From Marsupella aquatica (lineage: Eukaryota; Plantae; Marchantiophyta), in NCBI GenBank assembly GCA_973895155.1, contig OZ316894.1, forward strand, positions 743,968 to 807,967: 64,000 nt of DNA. Direction: 5' to 3'. Of this stretch, positions 12,708-24,890 are shown piece by piece; the first letter of the stretch is position 1; each line of letters opens with the position of its first letter. The position numbers and the translations under genes are program-made. Below the pieces are notes generated by a model. The model saw only the letters and a list, made by a program, of their open reading frames with translations. It ran no database searches and had not been told where the DNA came from.

Positions 12708-12989
12708 GTAAGAGATTAGCCGATTCACGTCGCGGGATCCCCCCAGACAAAGCTGCCGAAGTCACGACGTTTCGCGATGCCAGTGGCCCGAATCTCTGCT
12801 GTAATCAACGGCTTCAGGAGCCAGATTACAAATCTGAATTTGCAGAAGACAGAGGCTCTTTCTCTATCTCCGGGCAGTCGGACACGGGGACGGACACTGA
12901 GCGGCGCTACTGGAGGTGAGCTAGACAGAGAGAAGGAAAAATTGGCGAGAGCAGGTCCATTGACGGGAATGTGGAGGCGAGGGGTTGCT

Positions 12990-15889
12990 ATGATGGAAGT
13001 AATGAAAGGAAGCAGCCTAATCCTGCCGGGGTTGGGGCCGCCGGTGCAGATTCTGCCACGGCAGCAGGCCCCGCACCTTTCCTGCTCCAACTCTTGTTCC
13101 CGCTTCCAGTTTTGTAGACGGTTTCGCCAGCATTGCTCGTATACAATCAGGTCTAGCCCAAGGGTTTTACCTACATTTCAGTTTGGTCCGTTGTTAATTT
13201 TAGTTTCTGCTCTTCTTGGCATAAATACGCATTTCTTTCTGCTTGTCGTGACCTTTGTTTACGTTTCATTTCTCATTCTTCTGTTGCTCTTGTTTAAAAT
13301 TTCCGCACATGTTGGATGAACCTCTATTTTAATCAAACACTCAATTTATTCACTGTGAGGTACTATAAATCGGTTCGTCAGAGGCTACTACGAGTACTTC
13401 GCTTGAGTTGGGTCCTTTGTGTTCAATGGAGGAGTGCTTGCCTTGTCTTTCTTTCGTTTCCCTTTTCTTTCCCTTGCCATCTCTTCTCCCCGCACGCTTC
13501 TCAAGGAAGTGTCTCCATTACGCACATTCGTTAGTTGCTTCTTGACATTGTGGAGCAGTGCCCACCGTTTCTATCACTCTAACTTGTAAACTGCAATTTT
13601 TCATTTTTCAGGCATCAGCGGCAGCGGGTGCTTTTCCAAGAAACTTACTTACAAAATGGAAGTTTTCCTGTGAAGCATTTCCCATCTTCTTCTCATGGGG
13701 ATGCCAGAGAGAGGAAACAGCAGAGACCATGGTCGAAGGATACTTTTGAGGACGCATTCAACTTGCATCCCACCAGGGAACCGAAGTCAACTGTGGATGT
13801 ACAGTCTTTCATAGCAGCGAACGATGTGGGCGAGATTCGACAGCAGGAACTTCTATCCAGAGAGGAAGAGGAACACTCGTCAGCAATCTCTGACGAAGTG
13901 GTGACTGAGAATGCAGTAAGTCAAGACCTGGTAACCGAGGAGCTGCTCAGGAAAACACTTTGGATGGATGGCCGGTCAAGCCCAGCATGCATGAAGGCAG
14001 GGCTCAATTTGATTGCTCATGGCAGATTGCAATGTCGTGCTACTTATGGCAGCAGAGACACTGCACAACGGAATGGCAGTACGCACATGTATAGCGCTGG
14101 TACCACGAGTGAAGCAATTGCTGTTTTGCAGGATCGTCTACAACGAGGCGTTACCACAGACTCGTACACGTATGTTAGATTTCTGCAAATGTGCTTGAAA
14201 CAGAAAGACCTTTTAGCGGCCAAGCAGGTTCATGACTGCATTATCCAGAGTGAATTGGATAAGAATTCATATGTGGCGAACACCCTCGTGAATGTGTACA
14301 TCCAATGCGGGGAATTGTTGGGTGCACGCAGGGTTTTTGATGAACTTGAGAACAAGACTGTTGTTACATGGACCGTTATGATTGCAGGATATGCAAAGTA
14401 TGATCTCGCTGAATCCGCATTTGAAATTTTCAATCAAATGCGCAAAGAAGGGTCGCAGCCCGATGAGATCACATATCTGTGCATCCTGAAGGCGTGTACC
14501 AGCCCATTAGCTCTCAAATGGGGAAAAGAAGTTCATGTGTGTATTCGACACGCCGGCTTTGAATCGGATGTTCGCGTAGGGACTGCCCTCCTTAAGATGT
14601 ACGCAGATTGTGGGAGCATAACGGAGGCATCTCAAGTTTTTGAAAAGTTAACCAACCGAAATGTCATCACATGGGCTGTAATGATCGGTGGACTTGCACA
14701 ACATGGATGTGGGCATGAAGCATATCGATTGTTTCTCCAAATGAGACGTGAAGGCTTCGAACCAAATGCAATGACTTATGTGAGCATCCTGAATGCATCT
14801 GCAAGTACGGGAGCTTTGGAGTGGGTAAAGCAGGTCCATGGCCATGCGAGGAAAGCGGGACTGGAGTTGGATTTGCGTGTGGGCAATGCACTGGTTCACA
14901 TGTATGCAAAGAGTGGCAGTATAGATGACGCTCGACTAGTTTTTGACAGAATGGAGAAACGTGATGTAGTCACATGGACTACCATGATCGGTGGACTTGC
15001 AAACCATGGATGTGCGCATGACGCCCTAGCACTCTTCAGAAAAATGAATGCGGACCTTGGGAAGCCCAACGGGACTACATTTGTAGCAGTGTTGTCTGCT
15101 TGTTGTCATGCAGGCCTTGTTGATGACGGCCGTAGACTGTTTTCAACTATGAAGCAAGATTATCGCATCGAGCCTACTGTTGTGCATTATAACTGCATGG
15201 TGGATCTTTTAGGGCGGGCTGGACATTTGGAGGAAGCAAAGCTCTTTATTCGTGACATGCCAATCAAACCAAATGGAGTAACTTGGACAGCCTTGCTTGG
15301 GGCTTGTAGAACTTACAGTAATGTGGAGTTGGGCGAACTTGCCGCGCGGGAGCTTTTCAAGCTGGAACCCAGTATACCCTCTACATATGTGCTTCTCTCC
15401 AACATCTATGCTGCGGCTGGCAAGTGGGAGAATGTGTCTTTGGTGCGCACTATGATGCAAAAGAGAGGTGTTCGGAAGGAGCCAGGGCGTAGCTGGATTG
15501 AAGTGGAAAAGAAGATCCATGAATTTGTCGTTGGTGATACATCTCACCCAGAAGCGAAGGCTATTTACACTGAGCTTAATAAATTGACTGAAAAACTAAA
15601 GGCTGAAGGCTACATTCCGGATACCCGACTTGTGTTGCATGATATCAATGAGGAGGATAAAGAACTAGCTCTTGGCTCTCATAGTGAGAAGTTGGCTATT
15701 GCTTACGGACTAATTCACATACCGCGGGCCGAACCAATCCGTGTAAGGAAGAACCTTCGGGTGTGTCCAGATTGCCATACAGCAGCCAAGTTTATCTCTA
15801 AGGTGACAGGACGTGAGATCATAGCGAGGGATGCAAATCGCTTTCACCATTTTAAAAATGGCTCGTGTTCTTGTGGTGATTACTGGTGA
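12990..15889 (+). CDS. PLS-class PPR-E-DYW protein (11 PPR motifs), two exons 12990-13150 and 13612-15889 (~812 aa)
   Basis: Exon 1 MMEVMKGSSLILPGLGPPVQ…YTIR ends at donor AG|GT (13151). Acceptor TTTTTCAG ends at 13611 and the join is in frame (R-HQRQRVLFQETY). The same structure is conserved in the paralog at 30719. PG box, HSEK, CPDCH and DYW are intact. Confidence 0.92.
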
Positions 15890-15975
15890 CCATACTGAAA
15901 GGTGTGGTGCGCTGGCTGGATAATGACTGTGAGCAGTACTCACTGACACCCCATATATAATCGTGTAAGCCGACT

Positions 15976-16090
15976 CTAAATGTTTGGGGAATAAGACAAT
16001 TTACCCTGAAAGGTCACTCGTGCTGAAAAGCAGATTCTAAATGTTTGAAGAATAAGACAACTAATCTTGAAAGGTCACGAGCGCTGAAAA
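15976..16090 (+). repeat. ~61-bp imperfect tandem duplication in the 3' region of the PPR gene
   Basis: Two copies of TCTAAATGTTTG…ATAAGACAA…TGAAAGGTCAC…GCTGAAAA. Confidence 0.75.
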
Positions 16091-16548
16091 CACTGGGATC
16101 ACTGTAAGGTCACAAGATCACAAATATCGTCCAATCTTATAAGATCATCTGGACGTCTGAATTTGAGCCTTGGATTGCGGTAACCCTCACACTCAAGACA
16201 TATAGCTCGTTTCTGCAGAATTGATATAAGAAATCACCATGATTCTATGTCGTTGCTATTGCCCGTAATGCTGCTTTGCGTTTTTCCACAGGGCGAACAA
16301 AGTAATTGACATTGGCTATATTGCTAGCCTCCCTGGTTGCTCAAGTTTGTGTGACATTTGCAGGCAGAATTACTTGAATGAGACAATCTGGATTGAATCC
16401 CTACCAGAAACACTATGAAATTTGCGGGGCCAATCTCAGGGGTAGGTCTCGTTTGCCAAGGTGCCTCTGGTTGGATCTTGGTTTCATTACAACCTCCTGT
16501 AGGCATATTGAATGCAACAAACCTGAATTATACTAAAAGGTTTACAAT

Positions 16549-16672
16549 GTTAGTGGTAGATGTGGCTGGAAGTCTTCTAGATGTAACGACTGTTCAAATG
16601 CAATTAGGGTTAGTGGTAGATTTGGCTGGAAGTTTTCTAATTGTAACAACGACTGTTCAAATGCAATTAGGG
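16549..16672 (+). repeat. ~60-bp tandem duplication
   Basis: Two copies of GTTAGTGGTAGAT(G/T)TGGCTGGAAGT…ACGACTGTTCAAATGCAATTAGG. Confidence 0.8.
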
Positions 16673-17627
16673 TGCATTACATACTCTCACGGCTGTTGGA
16701 GAGGACTGACAAAGAGACTAGGTAGGGCACTCGTGTGCTTGTTTCCCAAGCAGGCACACACAAGGGCTGGCTCTGGGTATATTTAAAATGTGGTACGACC
16801 AGGATGGATTATAAATTAAACAACGATTATTTTTTCTCCTCAATAGCAAAAGTTAGTTAATCTCTTCATTGAAATGCTCGTGGAAATGTCGCTACAAAAT
16901 CAATGTCAAAGTGTTCTCAAAGATGTTTTTAGTGTGCTCTTTTTGACTCGAGTGATTGAGACAATTAATAGAAGTGCTGCCATTTTCGATCAAAAAGGTG
17001 ATTGAAAGTCATCATTGAAGATCCCCAAGCATTATCACTTTTGCGTTTCATTTCTTCACCATGGAAAAGTAATGTGATTGTGTATACATAGTTGCCATCC
17101 TTTTGGAGGTTGATAACGCATGGCTTCAGTACCCTGAAAACCACTTAGTATTTTCAAGGGAAATAGATTGAAGACATAATTACAGCTTGCAATTAGTTTC
17201 TGTACTAGCTTTGGAACATTGCTTCTCCTCATAGGCTACTGCATTTTCTCATCGTTTCCTGACTTTCACAATTTTTAATATATTGTTCACTTGTAAGGGG
17301 AAGCTCGCAAACAATGAGGTACTCTGTTGCATCTCCACTTGCTCATTGCCATCAGTCTGTTGAGTTTCTAAATTCATACTCTTATTTTCTATTTATAAAA
17401 TTAAATAAAGCAGCACGTACCTTCCCTAATCAAGTTATGCCTTGCACAATGTTTTTAATGTTAATCTGGCAACCTACAACTTCCATACTCCAATATGAAC
17501 ATTGCAATGGGCTACATATCCTAAATTAAGTTTTTTGAATTCTAAGTGTTGTACATCAAGTCCCAACTGAGAAGCATTGGCAACCTACAATTTGGACAAA
17601 CACACTTGTAAAAGGAATCCAAAAGAC

Positions 17628-17822
17628 CATGAGGGGCCTCACCCAGAGGGTCAGCCGCCTGTGCGCGCAGTGGGCAGTTTGGGCCTCACTGTAGGTTGGA
17701 GAGTCCTCTGCCTTGTGCGGTTGGGGCCCACTAGTAAGCTTTCAGCAAGCTGGCTCTCCCCTTCCGCATTGGCTCTCCCAACCTTGGAACCCTCGCAACT
17801 ACTCTAAATTTTAAATAAAAAG
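17628..17822 (+). mobile_element. SINE-like insertion
   Basis: GC-rich ~195-bp island with an A-rich 3' end, flanked by a 13/14-matching direct repeat GGAAT(C/A)CAAAAGAC (17614-17627 and 17823-17836). Box A/B-like motifs are only weak. Confidence 0.6.
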
Positions 17823-18698
17823 GGAATACAAAAGACAGAAACAAAATGAATTGCATGTTCACAACTATCAAATATTGATTTTACAAAAACTTGGATCTAT
17901 CTATCTACCTATTGAGAAAGCTGGCTGGAGCAATTTTCTGAGCAGTTTCACTTACTGGTGAGAAAGTGAAAAGTCCGGCGCATTTTTATTTCTCAAGTAG
18001 TGAAATTTGACCAATAATCTCAGAAATCGTTCATAGGCAAGACTGGATTTTGCACTAGATTTTGGTGGCGATGTGACTCAGTGAGGTGTGACTGTAGTAT
18101 GTTTGGCCACATTATTTAAAGTGCACCCTGTCTATCATCATGCCATGTCAAATAGTATATGTGGGGCCACGTAAATTGTGTGAAGAGCATTGCTTGGAGG
18201 GCTACCAAATTAGTGAGGGCCATACTAAATAGGTAAAATTTGCAAGCCATCCGGCTGACACGATCTGTACATTCAGATCATACATTGCAGCTGGCAAGAA
18301 AATAAAGTTCTTGTCCAATTGACTGACTTTCACTCTTCAAACTTTGAATTAGAAACAAACTATGGTTTAGACCAGGGGTTGAATTGATTTTAGTCAAGCA
18401 TCTTGCCTACCGCACCTGCGGAGTCTCATCCCCCTGTAAGTTAATATAGCTAGGGAATGAGGGAAAATGTTCCGATCTTCAGGCTCGGTGGTATCCTGTG
18501 GAAGTTGAATGTTCACAGCTGGACATTAGCGTTATGGGATTTGCTGTAACATTCTTGTGGGAGTTCTTTGTTCTCCTGCCTGAGGGACCATAACTTGGCT
18601 AACGTGGTTTCACGTGTATCTGACATATTTCCTCCAAGTTAATTATAATAACCTACTATAGTAATCTACAAGAGCATTGATCTAACCGAAGGGTTAAG

Positions 18699-19577
18699 TC
18701 AGGGAGCTCGCTTGTTGTCCTCTTCCAAGTCGAAGTCGCTAAGTTGTCCATCGTCCGTAATATAAAATGCTAAGTGCGGATCTCTATCTTCTGGGGAATT
18801 CTGGACAGGAATGTCAAAAAGAAGCTTGGCTCTACCCCAGTACACCCATTCCACTGCACCCTGTTTACACTCGTAGAGCTCTGCAAATCCAGAAGATGGA
18901 GGTGGATGGGATTCTGTACATTTTTTGTGCAGGACACATGCAGAATGATCCCCTGGATCTGGTGTGGTATTGTAAACATAATTATCTGAGGGAGGACACT
19001 TTTCTTTGTCTACAAAAAGGCGAATCAGGAGGTCACCCGGCTTCCAAGTAATCTGTCGGTCCCTATGCCATTTTACCATGGAGCGCCGGAAATTCTCTTG
19101 ATGGAAGAAGGTTTCGTCCCACACCTCTCTTTTGATGATTATATCACCCCTCCTAGGAATGATGGGATGGAATCTATCAACACAAACTATTTGGGCTCCG
19201 ACCTTCAAGTATTTTCCTGGACTTGTGTCACCAGGGATCTCCAGGTTTGTCATTGCCACTTGGCTACCAAGGTACGTCCACCTTCCATCCACCTTGTATT
19301 GGTGTAGCTCTAGATTTGTATAAGGTTGGTGGGAAAACAACCCGGAAGACCCTACCTGCATGGAAAATGCGTGCCTTCAGTTGGATGACATAGGTTAGTT
19401 AGGCGTAAGAGATGCCTGCTGAAGGATCCGGTACTACTAGTACGCAAAGGTATTCCCAACATTGTCACAAAGGATGACTAGTCAAAAAATTGCAATCAAA
19501 TATAAAATTTGACAGAAAACCCATACTTGTTCGGCTGCCAGTAGGATTTCGGAGACAGCAATTTCCGACATTCCCAT
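18699..19577 (-). CDS. Orphan protein B (~235 aa), exons 19577-19527 and 19355-18699
   Basis: MGMSEIAVSEILLAAEQ|GTATGG donor; acceptor TTTTCCATGCAG; phase-0 join into the 218-codon open frame VGSSGLFS…PRRGDIII…PGDLLIRL…EEDNKRAP*. Confidence 0.55.
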
Positions 19578-19635
19578 CTAATATTGTAGATATTTTCGAT
19601 GCACAATATTAGTAGCAGACTGGTCCTACAGCTTA

Positions 19636-20987
19636 TTATTCCAATGTGACATCATCTTCATACTCAATGACTCGTTCGTTCACATCGATGCCTTCGTCCA
19701 GGGCAACAATATTATTCCGATTTCGAGGCCACCAGATTGCCTACAAGATTGAAGTAGCCGAGAGGGCAGTTTTGAATTGTTTACAACCAATTCCACAGGC
19801 GTACAGTACCATGCATCAACAGTACGATCTAGAAATGCCCAGTCATTGAATTTCAAGAATCGACTAATGGAGAATTGAAGCTACCCATTGAAGACAACAC
19901 TCTTACTACAATGAGGCAACAGAAGATACTGTTCAAAAGCGATAATCAATCCTCAGTCACTTCAATCTACGATTGATTCGTTATTTTCAATCTTTTGGCC
20001 TTATTGTAGTAAGAGTGCAAGACGTGTGTGCACTAGTCCTTGACTAACGTTTACGTACAGTAAATTGTGATTGTCCCATGACACGCACTAATTAGACGTC
20101 AACCTCCACTGAGTAATCAGAATTACATATATACCAGTAATAGCCTAGTTCAAAAGGACAAAAATGATTAGGCTAAATGGAACAGCATAGCTAAAGTGAG
20201 ATTGATGTAAAGACGTCTGAAGCAATCCGAGCATTGTATGGTGCTTAATGCATTAAAACTTAATGTGCTTGGAAATCTGGTCATCAACAAATCCGACTCA
20301 ACCATGTCTTTGCTCGTGAGAGGGAAGCACCGTCCTACAGAGGTCAAAGCAACTGCAATGGATGAAAAATATCTCAATTTAACTAAACTTGAGTTACCTG
20401 CACCACAAAGCTAATGCGCTATCTTATACCTTTAAAAATAACTAGTAGGTACGGTACCAAAAGTGAGCCCTTACCTCTTGGTACTGTCCTATTCTGACCA
20501 ACAGCTCTCCATGCTCGAATCTATGGGAGTTACGGCCCTCATAGGAGGCCACATAACCCTTTTCGCAAAGCGCGCTATTTTTCCCAGGCGGATAAATAAT
20601 AAGATCTCCCCTTTGGGGAGAAAATAAGCCAGTTGAGCTCCCCACAAACACTATTTCACTGAGTTGCTTATGGTCAGCCAATTGGAGCACCGTCGGGACA
20701 GCCCACTGGACGGTACCTTTCCGCTCAGCTTTATTCCACATATCATCATCGTCGTGATTACTGGGACCTGATGCAAGAGCCGATGCAATTTCAGTGTCAC
20801 TTGCCACTATTCTCTCGAGACCTTGTCTGAACTCTGGAGACTCGAGCATGCTGCTTCTGATGAAGCTCTCTCTATCCTGGAAGCTGGAAAATTGGGGGTA
20901 TCTCCGTGCCTCATCTGAAGGAAGATTGTAGAACCCTTGAAGCCCAACAGGTAAGGCAGCCTCGACTCGAAGGCGCCTACGAGACAT
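19636..20987 (-). CDS. Orphan protein A (~205 aa), exons 20987-20475 and 19740-19636
   Basis: MSRRRLRVEAALP…VGSSTGLFSPQRGDLII…HGELLVRIGQYQE|GTAAGG donor; acceptor CTTGTAG; phase-0 join to AIWWPRNRNNIVALDEGIDVNERVIEYEDDVTLE followed by TAA TAA. Confidence 0.55.
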
Positions 20988-23900
20988 GATGTTAACCGAT
21001 TCTTTCCCCGATTCTTTCAAAGAAGGGTGTGGAAGCAACTTGGGAATAACAAACAGTAGCACCAATGCAATGACCAAAATTGGACCGCCCTCGGGCAGCT
21101 ATGATGTCAACATTTAGCTCACGTAGCTTGCTTTTCTCCAATGGCTTCAGCATTCTCAGACCAAGTCTCTGTAGTTTCATTAATTAACTTGCAATAGTGC
21201 TTGAAATAACTGTTTTAAAGTTTGCATCTCGTTCATCCGTGGAGTGTCACATCATATTAGAAAGGCCCACTATACCAGGCTTGCTTTAAAAGGAATCGTT
21301 GTGTCCCTTGACAACAGATTTCCTCTTTAACCCTGACTCCACCAAACTCCATTTACAAAGTTAGGTAATAATCTCATCAAATTATCTTTTTCCCAATATG
21401 GGGAGGCAGACAACTTGCCTCAACTCCACCACCCATGATGGCTTGGCAATTATTCCACTCCTAGGACAAAGATCGTCATTAAGTCCTACTGATTTGTGAT
21501 TTTTGTTGCCCTTAAATGATCATTTAGCAAAAGAGAGTTAAACAGTGGGCCCAGGCAAATCCGAGAAACAGAAATAAGCAGTGGGCAGTGGTAACCCTCC
21601 CTAGAGTAACCAAGTTTAGATATCGAATCATACTACCCATGAGCTAAATAGTTGATGGGTGGGTTCCAAAACTTTGCAAATTGGGCTGCAGGCCGGGTCA
21701 GATTGGTGTATCTAACCGAGCACCATGACCAGACATCACTCGGATACTACAGAAAAGTTTCAATATAGCATGCTCATCCTAGAACATGCTTTACTTTTTG
21801 TCTGGTAGTGATATGTAAGTGGACAAAATTAGAGAGTAAAACTAGAATACATATTAAATGTAAATGGGATAAAATAATATAAATAAAGTACATGCAAATA
21901 AAAGCACATAGCTACCAATGGAAAGTACAATTAAATTTTATGACACAAAGATGCTACGAGTTGTGCACTTACTTCAATGTGTCCTATTAATGACACCCAT
22001 TTCAATAAAAACCATAAACTTAGGAAAGAAAGCCATGAGGGGAACTTAAGACAGGATGTGTTGACATTACTTAGAATCATTCCTCTCACTCATGAGAATA
22101 CTTAAAAGCTGTAGAAAATGAAGCCCTTGGTTTCTATCTAGGAGATAACAAAATTTAAAAATTAAGGGGGCTGCCAAAATAAATTCAAAATACTATAGAA
22201 TACCAAAAATTTAAAGGGGTCCAAAAATGAATGAAAAGTTGATATGATACAAAGGATGCCCCTTGTTAGGGTACATTCAAATAAAAATACATGATACAAA
22301 AATATGAATAAGACAAAACATGAAAGTTGGATTCACTATTATAGTAGTGTCAAAAATTAGATACTACGGAAAAGTTTCAACTACACTTATGTAAAGGAGG
22401 GAATTGGGGCGAATGTGAGACCTGAGCTCCATCACATCTGATGATGCAAAGAGCCATCACCTGTATTTATCTTCCCTGACCAAAGTATAGGAATTGACAT
22501 CCGTCCAATGCCATAATTGGGAACAAAAATGTTAGATCAGAGGTTGCTCATCAGCATTGATCCAAATTACCATAGGGACTCCTTTCACAGGGCAACACCA
22601 GCACTCTAATTCGGGAGGCATACAATTCAATGATTCAAGTAACGATAGTGAATGCTTTGGTTTTTTTTTATGTCGGCTGTCAATTGACCTGTCTCTGCTG
22701 CGATGCCATTTTGGGACGTCCTCCTGAAGATCCAAGTATTTTCAAACCCAGCATGATCAGAAGGATCTACAAAATCTTGCTCTCCCATTTACGTCAGAGA
22801 TTCTACCAAAATGCCACAAAATTTGCTTAAGATTTTGAACCTAGGTATGACAACACAGAGAATACAGCTCAAAGAATGGTGACGGAATTCATTATGGGGG
22901 CTTATCTAATTTCTAGGCCCGGTTTGGAGACCTCCAAATGAACTGCTACATTTTGGGTTTAGAGTCATTGACTCCTAACAGCTGGAGACGCTCTAACCCC
23001 TCCAATGCTACATCTGCAGCCATTTTATTACCCATTTTCATCTTGTCCCGTTTGTCTGCCTTGTTTGTGCCACGTGATGGCATTGGCTGTAATTGCGACG
23101 AGGAGGAACCACAAGAAGGTGGGAATGTTAAATCCTGATTTGTCACTTGAATTTGTTTGCGCAAACCTGCAATAAGTATATAGTAATGTCCTGTTTAGAG
23201 GGCATTGTGGATAGCCCTGGAAAAAAATGCTTCAGCTCTAGATTGAAGGGCTATTATTGCCTTAATGCCCTTAATGATTTTTCCCTTGGTATTTTTTAGA
23301 CCTCAGGGAGCATAATGCCTGGGTCAAGATCTGGATCACCTCTTTGAAGATTGTACTCTACAAGAAAAATCTCTCAGGCTTTTAAGTCGTAGCAAGGTCC
23401 TGTTTGGCCCCTCGAAAACTTGGGTTGAAGCTCTTGACTTTGGGACATTATATCCCATAAGGCCCTTCAAATAGGACATTATTGATACATAATGCTCCCA
23501 AAATAGGACTTGAATACATTTAAAGCTATGAGAAATCTTTAGTTTTACCAATTTCAGTCAAAGTTAAGGAGATTAATCTTCCAGAATATTTGATCCGAAT
23601 CGTGACTCAGATGATCTGCTCCAGGAATTCCCTGAAAAATACAAACTGAAAAATCAATAAGGGCCTTAACTTAGCCAAAGCTATTTCAAATCCCAATTGC
23701 AATCCAATTGCTCACTCCCTTCTTACTACAGTTTCCTCAATATGTTGGGTATAGGGTCATTTGCCTTTGGGATCTTGTCTCCCTGTTTGACTTCTTTGTT
23801 ATTTGGCACTATGATATATAAATTATTTTTTCTCTTTCTCAAAAGCCTCTGTGCAACCCGCCGTGCAACCTATCTCAACAGCTACAAAAGCCAAAGAGAA

Positions 23901-24144
23901 AACAAACTCTAGGGACCAGAACAAATGACACCTTGGGCAACCATTAGTCTAGCGGGGCATAGAGAAAACAGACTCAAGGGGCCAAAGTAAATGACACCCA
24001 AGCTCCAGGAACCCCAATGGACCTAGGATCACCAATTTGCGTTTGGCCAACTAAGAGTGGATCAGGTCATCCCCCTAAAAACAACAGACATGGCATGAGT
24101 TCAACACCTACAGTAGTACTCTAGATGTAGTGCAATCTCAACCC

Positions 24145-24890
24145 CAGTCAAATTGCACTTGGGCTTTGGGACAATCCAGTCTTGAGTCAAATTGCACTTG
24201 GGATTTGGGACACCCCAGCTAGGCTCACTTCCTGTGTAGCCCGGCTCAGTCCAGCTGAATTCCAAGTGACAGGTTGAAGGTTTATGCAAGCAAATTCAAG
24301 TGACAGACAAGGGTTTAACAGTGCCGCCTTCGCAGGGTTCCTACTGCTTAGCACCCCTAGCTACCCTAATCACCTCGATAAACATTATGGTAGGCATCAG
24401 CAGCTGAGCCGAAACGTGGTGGACCGAGGAAAAGAGACAAGATGGCTGAAGAAATGGCCGTGGATGTAGGCAATGCAGGTGTACTAAAGGCAAGTCACGG
24501 GCAAGTTAACGGCTTGCCGGGCACGTAAAACCGTCAAATGACGGCCCAAAAATGGGAAGTTTGACGGATGTTCCCTGAAATTCCCTCGGATTCCCCCTGA
24601 CTCCCAACCCGGCCCAGCTCCCGACTCGCCCGGACGCCGACCCAGCCCACCCGGCCTGGACCCGGCCAACCGAAACCTCTCCCAAACCCAGCCAGGACTT
24701 CTCCCAAACCCATCCTGAACCCCTCCCAAACCCCCTAAACACCCGGCCTGAACCCGGCCTGGGCCAGCCTGGGTTGACCCTCACACCTGGACCAACCCCT
24801 ACTCCGGGAGACTGGGCGACCGGGTTGACGTGTTGACAGGGAAAATTGGCCAATTTGACGGGCAAGGTCAAACGGGGCGAGTCATCACAT
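24145..24890. repeat. TE-like remnant: ~39-bp tandem duplication, (TG)ACGG motif clusters and a C-rich CCCGG/CCCAAACC low-complexity core
   Basis: AGTCAAATTGCACTTGGG(C/A)TTTGGGACA occurs twice (24146-24215). ACGG motifs cluster at 24495-24570 and 24825-24880 around a GC-rich core. Confidence 0.5.

Noticed and set aside
24484-24871. Gly/Pro-rich minus-strand ORFs
   Set aside because: They are an artefact of low-complexity GC-rich repeat sequence.
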